The notes beneath the pieces are model-generated. The model was not told the DNA's origin. It saw only the letters and a program-made list of their open reading frames with translations, and ran no database searches. Made by a program: the position numbers and the translations under genes. From Halocafeteria seosinensis (lineage: Eukaryota): DNA of 41,930 nt. Below are positions 21,845-33,234 of the stretch, piece by piece; positions within the stretch are counted from its first letter, which is position 1, and each line of letters begins with the position of its first letter. The stretch lies in the NCBI GenBank assembly GCA_001687465.1, contig LVLI01000063.1:62001-103930 (forward strand), in the 5' to 3' direction.

Positions 21845-24682
21845 TCATTCTGACGCATACGGTAATGAGAGTTCAGAGAGTTCTCCCCAACTGGGTCCTA
21901 CAGATACCTTTACTGGCAAGGGTACTCTGAGCTCGACAGCCGTCTCCATACAGTGCTTGATGCGCTGAGAGTATTGGAGAGCATTCGCGACAGGAACCTC
22001 CATGAGAAGTTCATCGTGAACCGGAAGCACAATGTGCGCATCGCGGAGCTCGGTATCACAGCGAACTGCTAGCATCGTCTCCTTAAAAATGTCCGCAGCA
22101 GAGCCTTGACAAATTGTATTGATTGCTTGGCGCTCGGCTCGTTTCCGTTCTTCAGTATTATTACTGGTGATCCCAATTATTTTTCGTCTATTCCCCATCA
22201 GAGTTACACAATAGCCCCTCTCGCGACAGAGTTGGCATGTTGAGCGCATAAATCTGCGGATGCCTGGGAACGTTTGGTGGAAACTGTCATGCAACTCTTT
22301 TGCACTCTCAACGGAAAGAGCTAGTTTCTGTGCAAGCTGCGAGATTCCCATTCCATAGCAGATACCGTATACTATAGACTTTGTCTGCGAGCGCCCTGTG
22401 TCTGTAATCTCATTGACATCTTTTTGCAACCACCTTGAGGCGATACGGATAATTGTGTCCATACGTTTGTCCTGTAGAAGGTCACTAAGGTTGTTGTCTT
22501 GAGAGAGATGAGCCAATACCCGTAGTTCAATTTGTCGGAAGTCGGCTGTCAAGAATACAAAGCCTTCATGCGGCACAAATAAGCTGCGGGTATTTAGGTA
22601 TAAACGGCCTTCTTCCGATAAGAATGGGTTACAAGCGGAAACGCAACTATGTTCATAAATTGAGGATATTCCAACTCCCAACGATGTATCAGACGGTACA
22701 CTCAAAGGAAGAACTTGATCTTTTGATACTTCTTGAGCAGGATAGGTACTATCGTATCCACGTTGTTGTTCTCCGTGTGAGACGGGTTCAACCAGTACGC
22801 CCCTGCGAGTTAACGACAGTATCCTTACTAATGTGCATTCCGTTTGAGGCGTAGTAGATAGGGCAAGAGAGCCATATGACGCTGTGATCTCTTCCATCGT
22901 GCGTCGTTCGCAGACGTGAAGTTCTACCCTCTGTGGAAAACTTTGCAAAGACGGACTAAGACTTTGAATTCTGCCTGTTGTTCCATGGATAGCGAAGGCA
23001 GTATGGATCGTATGCTGCAAACCGACGGCGTCAACTAAACCGTCGAGAACGTATTTCCAGGATACAGCCTGACGGTACTTCAGTATAAGCGCAGCTGTCC
23101 GGCTCTGGGCATTTTCCCCTAGTGAATTTAGAGCTTCTTTACTCGCGAGTTTCTGAGCCACATTGATGCTCCTTGTTTTCTTATAGTCGTCCAACAGTCT
23201 CTGCACGCTTCCTGGCAGGCAGTTGGAGGAGAGTTCGGAGGAGAGGAGTTCAGCAATGCACACCGGAGACAGCAAGTTTAGCTTCTGCTTTCTACTTTGT
23301 TGCAGTTCGCTAGATATTGAACAGAGCGTTTCTTCGGTTAATTTGTAATAAGTGAATAATTTTTGTCTGTCGACAAGAATCCCTCTTCTACGGATATCCG
23401 CCAATGCTGCTAGTACTCTGCCGGTAGACTTGCAAAAATATTCCATCTTATGATTATTTCTAAGGTCACTAAGTAGTGGCCACAAGCATCCAAATATTGA
23501 GTAGGCATCCAAAGTAAGCGAAGGGGCCTGGGGCCTTGTTGAACCTAGGGTTGGCAAGAGTGCTATTAAGCTCCGGCGACACGAGCTACAGTCACAAGGT
23601 ACAGAGTAAGGTTTGGCACCCGGACCTACATATTGAGTAGCACCGTCTAAAATATGACTGTTTAACTTTTTCGACTTAGGCCTTGGTTTAGATCCCTTTC
23701 TCTTTAGCTCTTTGTGGCCTCGTGTACAATTTTGTAACCATTGCTCGCAGGTTCGCACTGCCGACAACGATGCACAAATCTCGCTTTGGTGCATATTCCT
23801 AGTTTGCAAGAGTGTCGCACTCTCGTGGAGCCAATGCGAGAGAATCTCCTGGTATTGTCGGTTGCGGGCGATCCTTTCGTTTAGGGAAGAGAACTCATGC
23901 AACGTAGCTATATCCCAGACACGATCTAAGCCATATCCCTGAAGTTCAGCGAGAAATTGAGCTTCAGAGTTGAGGTCATAGCAAACTTTCACTATTCTGG
24001 GATCGTCTAGCACTTTTTGGATCAATGTTCTAACCATCGCTTCCCGATGGACCGTCCGAATTTCGTGGCACCACTGGGGACAAAGTTGACTAAACTTAAT
24101 CCATTCCCGTAATTTGCGACTGTTGAACTCACCGAAAATACCCAAGAAAGAACAGATGCGATGCACTATAGGGAAGTGATACGTCATAAATCTTTTTGAA
24201 TGCTCTCCACTGGAACACTGCTCCATCTCTTGACTCAACGCTCTCGCGAAACTCAGCCGCAGAGTCGATGCCTCCTTCATGTCCCATGCAATACACACCG
24301 AAACTTCTTGCTCACCGACACAACTTGCAAACGAGCAATATTGGGCTTGTATGATATCTTCATATGATTTTGATAACTGGTTGTTCAATCTTACAATCTC
24401 CTTTGTTATTTCCCTCCTAGGATAGTTCACTTCAGATACGGACTTGGATCGCATCGGCAGCGGAGGCTTTGAATTCTGAATAGCTTCGTGTTGCGAATTA
24501 TTTTCTTTGTTCTCCCTCTGCTTTTCAGTGGACACATAGCGGTTAAGTTGCTTGTCTTTTTTTTCCTTGGTAAGAGTTTGGGAACGTCCATGCATAGGGT
24601 GTTGTTGCTTATCCTCCAATTCGCATTGCTCAAGCGCCTGGAGCAACACCTCATCATCCACAAATGCTTCGGATTGCTCCAT
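21845..24682 (-). CDS. Family A DNA polymerase, Pol nu/Pol theta-like, no helicase domain
   Basis: GTTGRIQS..PSLQSFP, motif A ADFRQIELRVLAHLS, motif B RSQTKSIVYGICYGMG, AERQAINTICQGSAAD, motif C VHDELL. 945-aa uninterrupted ORF. Confidence 0.9.
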   Translation of the reverse strand: MEQSEAFVDDEVLLQALEQCELEDKQQHPMHGRSQTLTKEKKDKQLNRYVSTEKQRENKENNSQHEAIQNSKPPLPMRSKSVSEVNYPRREITKEIVRLNNQLSKSYEDIIQAQYCSFASCVGEQEVSVCIAWDMKEASTLRLSFARALSQEMEQCSSGEHSKRFMTYHFPIVHRICSFLGIFGEFNSRKLREWIKFSQLCPQWCHEIRTVHREAMVRTLIQKVLDDPRIVKVCYDLNSEAQFLAELQGYGLDRVWDIATLHEFSSLNERIARNRQYQEILSHWLHESATLLQTRNMHQSEICASLSAVRTCEQWLQNCTRGHKELKRKGSKPRPKSKKLNSHILDGATQYVGPGAKPYSVPCDCSSCRRSLIALLPTLGSTRPQAPSLTLDAYSIFGCLWPLLSDLRNNHKMEYFCKSTGRVLAALADIRRRGILVDRQKLFTYYKLTEETLCSISSELQQSRKQKLNLLSPVCIAELLSSELSSNCLPGSVQRLLDDYKKTRSINVAQKLASKEALNSLGENAQSRTAALILKYRQAVSWKYVLDGLVDAVGLQHTIHTAFAIHGTTGRIQSLSPSLQSFPQRVELHVCERRTMEEITASYGSLALSTTPQTECTLVRILSLTRRGVLVEPVSHGEQQRGYDSTYPAQEVSKDQVLPLSVPSDTSLGVGISSIYEHSCVSACNPFLSEEGRLYLNTRSLFVPHEGFVFLTADFRQIELRVLAHLSQDNNLSDLLQDKRMDTIIRIASRWLQKDVNEITDTGRSQTKSIVYGICYGMGISQLAQKLALSVESAKELHDSFHQTFPGIRRFMRSTCQLCRERGYCVTLMGNRRKIIGITSNNTEERKRAERQAINTICQGSAADIFKETMLAVRCDTELRDAHIVLPVHDELLMEVPVANALQYSQRIKHCMETAVELRVPLPVKVSVGPSWGELSELSLPYASE

Positions 24683-25200
24683 TCTTTACGACCGTTGTCA
24701 CAATTCGGATTAACCCTAATTTGATAAAGGAGGCTGAGATAAAGGAAACGTCTAGTATCCTCTGATAATCAACAATATGATAATATTCCAGTTCCAGCCA
24801 TTTCTCGAGCGCGCGCGCAAAGATTATCGAGTATTTTCCCCACAATGACTCCTCGATGCTGCGTCATCCAACGCGAACGAGATTCCCATCATCGGTAAAC
24901 TATTTACATCCTCCTAAACACACCAATCTCAAGCAAAATTCATCTACAAGCAGCCTCCGAACAGCAGATGCATTGCTTCCAGACCTTGTGAAGGCGCTAC
25001 TTCAACTTGCACAGGGTAATCCCGTTCCCTTGGGCTTCCCTGGTTTTGGAACCACAAAAAGCAATGCTTTTTATGGCCTTATTATGGGCCAAATAAGGAG
25101 TGTTGATACAGTTGATTGGTGAATATTTTATAAAGGTGGTTCATAGAACATTTTGGGACACATATAATTGATACATTCTGGGTATTACTTACAGTAGAGA

Positions 25201-25646
25201 ATGGCTTCTGGACACGGCTCTTTTGGAGGAGTTCACAGGTACGTCGTGTGGTGTTCATTTCTCTCCTATACATGTTCTAGACGACGTCTATCAGATATAT
25301 ACCGTTACCATCGCCTGGAATGTGTAATTCTTTCCCTTTGGCAGGTGTTACAAATTCTGGGTAGGATTCGCGGACTGCATGGTAAGACTGCATGGATCTT
25401 GGCTTGTTCACCGCAACATATTATAATGTAAGGATTTCCTGTGGAGTGCAGAGGGAAGCTCCTGCCTCAGATGTGTGCCATTTAGAACGAGAAGACTACT
25501 TAGAATGCCTTCATAATGCGAGGAAACGAATGGCGACGTTATACGTATACGAAAACAAGGTGAAACAGATCGAGCAACAGAAGCAACACGCTGCCGCCAG
25601 AGCGAGTGGAGCTGATACCTCTGAACAGAGCACAGAAAAACATTGA
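25201..25646 (+). CDS. NDUFS5: NADH:ubiquinone oxidoreductase 15-kDa subunit (NDUFS5-like); exons 25201-25238, 25345-25381, 25452-25646
   Basis: The spliced product MASGHGSFGGVHRCYKFWVGFADCM...CHLEREDYLECLH has a twin CX9C motif and the MASG.G..G...RC..FW signature. Confidence 0.87.
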
Positions 25647-26256
25647 CGAAGAAAACAAGTGTACTGCTTCTTATTTTTTTTGGATAGACGTATCTGCTAC
25701 GTGATGTCCGTAGGAGTTAATATCTTGGAGATCTCTGGGTTCGATATGGGAAGAAGTTAGGTGGTAACAAGAGTGTGAAATGAACATTTAGCTCCATATG
25801 TGCGTTTATTTAGCCTACAGTGTTGCTTCGGTATATGTTGCCAGCATGTCTTTAGACATGTCTCTCATTCGCAGCTTCTTTGGTACTGCTGCTTCTACAT
25901 CCCAACAGAATCCGAGCTAGCACCGAGCCATCATCATGATGGAACACACGAAACACCCAACATTTGTCATTCCCATTGAACAGAGATCAGCGAGGGAATT
26001 CATCGCTCAAGTTATTTAGTGTATATTATCTTCATAGTATCTTGAGTTGTACCGCATCGAAACTACGGGAAGGATGAATGGCGATCCTTTGAATATCCCT
26101 ATCAAACTTATGTACCCTCCCTCTGCAAGTTGTTGCCAGCGAATGCTCGTTAAGTCACGAAAGCTCGGAATTTCTGGGTCGCTATATCCTCTGCGTCATT
26201 TTCGCGTTCTTAGGCAACTACAATGTACAATGCTCTAAAGGATCCGATTCGATTCT

Positions 26257-27439
26257 TCAAGACCCCACTTCTAGGGTGTGGTCGTAGTCTATAGTGGGGA
26301 TCACGCTTTGTATAAATTTCAGGAATAAGAACAAGTACTGGTCAACACGGACTTCTTTAGGTTGGCCACCCTCATCGGAACTAATCATCATTGTCACAAT
26401 CCGCTTCATGGTTTCAGCATGACGGCATGGATGTATCGACACATGTGGCCCACCTCGAGGAAGATGCGGATGATTTTCGATTGTGACAGTCTTCTCAGCA
26501 TAATCTTGCATGATGTCCTCCAGCATCTGTGCCGGTGATAGCGGCTTGTAGTTCTCATCGTAACCGTAAAGATACACTCTTGGAGTCCTATAGTAGTTGT
26601 CATACGTAATGCTGACGTCATACGAGCGCGTACGCACTATGTTTTCGCCAGATGCGGCTGCACCAGATCTGGTCTTTTGATGCTGATGAGTCTCCGGCTC
26701 CGTTCGGCTAATAAACGCACCTGTCGAGCTGGATACATCCTTACTTGACGCTTCAGCAAGTTCACCCTCTTCAAGATTGTACGCCATCATATCTTCGTAT
26801 TCGTCCTCTTTCCCTTGGACCGCGGACACCTCATCTTGAATCGACTTCTGAGGTTGAGAAGTCTCCTCGGTAATATGCTGGGAGCGAATATGCGTAGAAA
26901 GGTCTGCAACTCCTTTGTCCTCATTGTTAACTTCTTCTTTAGCTTCTGGTGAATTTGGTACCATCTCTTCGTACTCATTCGTTTCTTCTTCTTCCTTGTT
27001 AGTCTGGGTACCTCCTTCGTGGAAGGAGGCTTCGATCCATTCATTTTCTGCCCCTTGAGATTCTGCTACACCAGATCCAGTCCCGCTAGAATCAAGCTTG
27101 ACCTCCTTTTCCTCACCAAGCTGTCCGAATAAATCCCGAACCCTACGCAGCGAGGGCACTGCTCGCGTGATTAGGAACTGCTTGTCTTTTGGCAGATAAC
27201 TCTTTTGGGCACTACTCTCCCCCGGCTCCCTGCAATCAGTACCTCAAACGTTGAAAGCCCAATCTATACTTACTTCCATAGCGGTAGTATAGCACATACC
27301 ATTTCCACGTTGGGCATATGTAAACAAGTTGGTCTCCAGCTTCCACGAACTCCTGGGGCGTGAGCATTCCTCGCTCTTGGAATTGTGAGGTCTTCAAGGT
27401 GGGAGTGAGTGCCTCCCTAAACTTATGAAAGACCTCCAT
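26257..27439 (-). CDS. ATG3: Autophagy E2-like conjugating enzyme; exons 27439-27300, 27229-26257
   Basis: [32 protein letters not shown], acidic flexible region, [18 protein letters not shown], catalytic [21 protein letters not shown]. One 70-nt intron. Confidence 0.96.
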
Positions 27440-27814
27440 ATCCAATCAGCAAGACACTTCACACCCTGTATGTGTCCGTTACCCCCTAGAGTCTCTCAAA
27501 ACTTCGTCGTCCCGAATTGACGTTTAAACAGCGGATCAGCCGATGAAGTTCAACAACACTCTATGTTCTCTATCTACTAACAGAGACAAGCAAGTCTGAA
27601 TCTGCTTGTTCTAGCGGTATCGCTGGTACAATTTACAGGTAATCATGTAAATGAAATGACAATACAACGGGTGTAAACTTCTGTATCATTTGTGAAAGTT
27701 TGTGCCGAACTAGCAACTTCAATGACTGACCTTAGGGCTTGACTTCAATGAAGTTTGGTCTGACACGTCATCGGTGCCAATTCATGGTGTGTAGATCGAC
27801 CTGACGGCAGTCAT

Positions 27815-27858
27815 CGACTTGAACGTTCACTGATAGCGACTTGAACGTTTACTGATAG
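27815..27858. repeat. 22-bp tandem duplication
   Basis: cgacttgaacgtt(c/t)actgatag occurs twice with one mismatch. Confidence 0.75.
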
Positions 27859-28246
27859 CGCTTTTCGTAAAGGATGAACACGGGTAGATTGCAATCCCCG
27901 GGATCATCAGCCCTAGACAAATGTGAATGGAGTGTCGGTACTGCCCGCCACGGAGTGCGCGCATTGTACTGATACCATTTGGTGAGAAATAGTGTACACT
28001 CCCTTCTAGTATAAACATGAACGACGCCCTTTTTTTTTCAACGACCTCTCCACGAACTAGCCATTGTCAGGGAATCAAAGAGTGTACGTAGTTCTTCATA
28101 ATCGGCTGGATCTACGTCTACTCTTCAAGAAGCAAGAACTGTAGAGCTAGTGCTTCTCGGGAACGTCATTACCAGAATACCCAAGAACCAAACCAAACAA
28201 AATTAACCCAACGTGTCTCCAAACTAGGTTTGTCTTGGCAAACCAG

Positions 28247-28825
28247 CTACTTCCCCGCTCCCCCACGACACTGAGGTGTTTCATGCATCTTTGCGCCTTT
28301 ATGATATTGCTCTGTGCCGTATTGCAAGACACGCACCAACTTGTTAACAATACACACATTTCAAAGTCCAAGACAGATGGGGCAGACCCACTTACCGGGA
28401 GTCTTGGCAGAGATACTCAGCGCGTGCACCCCATTTTGCAATTCCTCAGTCAGGATGTCATTCACCATTCTATGGCGTTGAATGAGGCTCTGTCCTTCAA
28501 ACGCAGGGGACACAATAAATACTTTAAAGTGACTCTCCGACCCTTTGGGGACATTATGTTTATAGCTCTCATTGACCACCTCCATTTGTTCGACCGGGCT
28601 CAATTTATCCTGGAGCTTTTTTTCAATTTGCGTCTGCATGGGACCAGGCTCTGTGCCTTCCATAGTCGTGAACAGGGTTTGAGGGGACTTAGGAAAAGTC
28701 TGTGCTTGTCGAAAAATAATCGGTCGAGGCCGAGAACTTTGTGTGACGAATGAACGAGGTAGTGACAAGGAGAGCAATGTTGTCGGACGGAGGCGTGCAG
28801 CTGTGTAAATCACTCGATGATGCAT
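28247..28825 (-). CDS. BOLA1: BolA-like protein 1, mitochondrial; exons 28825-28396, 28311-28247
   Basis: NESYKHNVPKGSESHFKV, RHRMVN, VHALSISAKTP. The spliced C-terminus TPQCRGG matches the BolA1 PxCxGG motif. Arg-rich presequence. Confidence 0.92.
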
Positions 28826-29119
28826 GGCTCATAAATTCTAACTATTGCTCACAGTCCTCTCCACTTGTGGAGCATGACATCAAGGTCTTGCTCGGGCATC
28901 GATAAACAATTCATGTATGCATACTGCAACTACCCGCAGTGTAGTCTAAACTGTAGCGCGAGTTTCACTTTACGACGTAGCGTGATATCCTTTGGGCTTC
29001 TCGGCGAGCCGTAAGGATATACAGAGTTCACCGACATAACAAGTGGAATGATACAACAAAAATTCCCCTTAAGGATTTTGTTTAACATTTTTTCTGAGGT
29101 GCAGTGATGAAGCAAGCGG

Positions 29120-32100
29120 TTACAGTGTTTCCAAGCGGAATTCTCCCCCCGAAATCAAGTTGGACACCTCTTCGAAGGCCTTATCGAGATCATCTAGTCC
29201 CTTCTTGGCTTCGACTAAGGTACCACCCTTGCTCGACTCAGCAATGCTCCGCAGCTGCTCTGCAGTATTGAGCCGACCCACAGCGACGATGACCAACATC
29301 ACATTCTGCGCCGCTGTGTCATTCCCGAATCTCTCGACTAGCTCTCTCACCTTGTGACTGCTCATATTGTCATCTCCATCCGTAAGGCAAACGATTACCT
29401 TGCTGCGGTTCTGAGAGTCTCTCACAGATTGGAAGGTGTCCATCGCTCGCCAGATAGCATCGTAACATGCGGTGAGACCACCAGCTCGAGTGAGCGAAGA
29501 CATCTGCTTCCGAGTTGCTTCTGCGGTACTACCACTCCCCTTTTCGGACATTCGGATTGCCTGGGTAACGGTTGTGGAAAACGTATATACAGATAGCCTG
29601 CGGAAAACACCGTTCATAGTTGAGTTTTAAACAAGAAGAGTGACCACAACTGGTCCCATGGTATCCCATACGTACCGATCCGATGGTTTCACGTGATCGT
29701 CATACAGTTGCACCATATTATTCACAGCCCTCTGAATCAGGCTTCCCGCCATACTACCACTCCTGTCTAAAAGAAAAATAAAGTCTCTTGCCTTCCGTTC
29801 GCCGCCAGGAAGCGCATCCATTACCAATTTTGCCTGATTATGGTAACCGAGACATCGCAGAGCCACATTTAGGTCGGCAGAAATGTCTGTCAAAGTCAGC
29901 GCATCCACTGTTGGAAACGAGGTCAATGCGTGACTGTACACAAGAATCGCATCGCGAACTTGTCCTTTAGCCATCAGCAAATCTCCTTGACTAGCAAGAG
30001 CACGGCATTGTTGCGCGTAGAACTCTTCGGTCTCTTCATCAGCAGCCTCGCACTGCTGATACTCCTGCATTAGGGCTGCCATTTCCGACTCCGCGTCAGA
30101 TATTGCTTGATTTGATCCCACTTTTGGTTTGGCTGCCCCTGTCTCTTCGCAAATCCGAACAACTTCAGCGTACAACGCTAACACTTTCACGGCATCGCAA
30201 CGAACTTCCATCATCTCAACCAACGACGATTCACACGATTTCATTGTTTGCAAACACTCGTGCGACAACTTAACGGCTTCACTAAGGTCATCAAGACTCT
30301 GGCTGATAGAAACAGGAGGATCGGCATCCGGGAAACTGCCCACGTCCTCAGCTGGTATGAACCGCTGAGGCCAATGAGTTTGGAGGGCGTATCGGGCTCG
30401 ACTGGCAAATGCTTTAGCAAGATTTAGCTGGCGAGTAGCTAGCGTGCTTACCAAAGAATTCTTGTCAAATTTCCTTTCACTCCCTCCCGTAACACCCTGG
30501 GGCGTATACGAGTTTACTGATTGTGGGACTTCAGCTTTCTGTTCCTCCCCTTCACTTTGACTCCTCTCTACGAGATCCTCAGCATTACGAATGGCATCTT
30601 CGTAAGAGCTAATTGCTTGAGTGTATGCACGACGGTATACATACACGGCGCCTAGATTAGTGTGGCATACACCCAAGCCTTTCTCATGTCCAAGACGGGC
30701 AAATAATGCCATAGCATCATTGAATGTTTTCTCAGCTTGCTGCGGATAATGCAGACTTAGCCGCGCTCGATAAACAACAAAGAAGTTCATCGTATAACGT
30801 ACCTCCATATTGCCACTCAAAAAGGAAGCCTGACCTACTTGAACTGCCAAATACATCTGGCGGAAGACTTTGTCCAACGCTGCCAGCTCACGTGACAAAT
30901 AGTCTGTATCGGCAACTTGGTCAATTGCTTGGAGCTCTTCTCCACTAAAATTGCGAGAGTTGATCCGGGTCACCAGCGCTAACAAAAGATTTATCGGTTT
31001 TTCAATACTTGAGGAGATACGTCGCGCATACAGAAATATCACTATCAGAAGTACGACAAGGACAGCCACAATTATGGCAATCTGGACACCGATTGTAGCA
31101 TTAATCCGGTTTCTTGCCTCTCGAAACGGTTCTCGAATATCTTCTTCAGGCATTGTCGTAGCGAGAGAATAATCTGCGCTACTCACATTATGGTATGCAA
31201 TATACCAGTTTTCGCCTCCTTTCCTGTAGTTAGCGGTACCGCGTTCACCATCTTTCATGTTTTGGAGCACACTATTTTCAAAGTCGGCCTTTTCGGAGCT
31301 CTTAAACGACTCCAGATCGAATATACTCGTGCGTTCTGCATCAGTTCCTTGGATAAGTAGATCAGGGTGAGACACAGCGGGATGAGCAACTTGGTCTTTT
31401 GTTTCTTGAGCAATCATATATCCGTAGCCTCGATCCGAAAGCGGTTCCGTTACACGACTGACTACACCACTCATCGGCGGTTCGAATGCGCATACCCCTG
31501 TAATATCGTCAAGAGATGTACCTGTTGGATCCAGATGGACTCCAGGGGGGTCGTTTTCTTTCACAGTGTTAGTGTAGTTATAAAATTTCCGCCCGGCTGA
31601 AATGCCAAGCACAGGTTCCTCTAAACCTTGGACAGTCCAAGAAAACGGCGCGGTAAAGAAAACGTTAGGCTGTGGCTCATCCTTTGCCCCGTCCCACCAC
31701 GGACGACAGCGTGGATCGTATCCAACTCTTTCCTCGCCATTACAGGTTAGCTCAAATTCATCGATAAAACTATCGAGCGGTTGATAGGGAAATAAACGGA
31801 CTAAGCCATCGTCTTCGAAATTTACGGCAAAAAATCCTCCTGAGTAACCAAGCACATCAAGGTGACAAACAGTAGTCGCTATCTGGAGTATCCCCATGCA
31901 GCATCTTACCTGGAACAATTGGGAATCCGCTTTGATACAAGCCCTTGTAAAACAGAGTCATCCCATCTGCAAGTTATTCTTGATGTGCGACGGAATGCTT
32001 TGAGATACGTCAAGGTAATGCAATGCCGCAATCTTCTTACCTGACACATTGAGTTGTGATTGCGCATTAGCGTCCAATGCCGAAACATCCTCTATCCCCT

Positions 32101-32747
32101 CGCAACCTTCCCCACTTTCCAAAGGACCTGTGTTGCACAAATACCAGCCTGTGTGACCCAGTGATGCGCCACTTTCTAGCAAATTCTTGTCAAAATCGTC
32201 GGGGTGGTCATCCGTTAAAGTCGAGAACTTTTCCAAATGGCGTTCAATCGGGGCGGCCCCTCGAAGCAGGTCCTCCATGTAGGTACATGCATGCTGCATT
32301 GCACCAGTATATCAACAAAGCAAATTGCGATCAAGTGAATTCTTAGGTCACGCGAGATACAACGCACCTCTAAGTTTCCCTTAGCATCAGCAAAGAAAGC
32401 ATCAACCCATTCCGCTTTCTCGACGCTCAAGCGCTGGAGATTATCAGACTCAGCGCGAATCATAGCATCTTCTGCAGCGTACCAGCTCGGCTCAGTAACC
32501 ACGATCACTCAATCCAAGCAGTCATGAAAAGCGCTTACCTGCCGTCTCAATCCACGTTGGGAACCCTGTGTCCGAGAATACACCATCCGAGCTCAAGTTC
32601 GGTGCGACTGTGAATTATGTACATGCTCTATGACGTACCTGTTACCAGAAGAACAACGAGAAGTACCACAGTAAACACTACTCCCAAACCAAGAGATCCC
32701 ACTGTGGACACTAGAAGTTTCCGTCGAAGTGGGAATCGAGCTTCCAT
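29120..32747 (-). CDS. Membrane receptor paralog A (TM-dCache-TM-HAMP-TPR-vWA); exons 32747-32639, 32565-32539, 32471-32368, 32293-32041, 31966-31910, 31839-30803, 30739-29676, 29597-29120
   Basis: N-terminal TM (MEARFPLRRKLLV..). Cache motifs YDPRCRPWW, GYGYMI..VAHP, WYIAY. Second TM, then HAMP (KPINLL..SRELAALDKVFRQM), TPR-like GLGVCHTNLGAVY, and vWA with DRSGS, TACYDA, LTDG. Seven introns of 63-78 nt all keep the frame. Confidence 0.85.
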
Positions 32748-33234
32748 CTTCGTTTATTCGCCTGTCCAGGTCCTCGATGATTGGTGGTACTTGACACCAA
32801 CACTCGTACGAGAATGAATCCAAAAAGCAGCAGATCAAAACAAGGGTTTTCTTCACTTTCGAGCCAACCAGGCTAAGTTTGTCCGTGTCAACTCTTGCTT
32901 TTACGAATTTACCTTGGTATGGTACAACCCGCATTCCGCGTGCGACGGAAGCTTCCCTCACGGGTTTTGTAGTTTTCTTACCGGGAAATGAATCCTTCGA
33001 CTCTGCCTGGACCGAATGCAGAATTCCCAGAGGGCCCAGTATACGGATGACTCAAGTGGCAGCGCTCATTATCGTGTGGTATGCGGCTGGTGGATCACGT
33101 GATGTGGAAATTCATCTCGTTTTCCTAAACAACCCGCTACTGTACAACCTACAATAATACCATTAACCGGAGCCCCAAGAATGTCCCGTCGATACAAGCA
33201 GCGTGACAAGTCTGCCGTTAACTCCTTGATGCAG

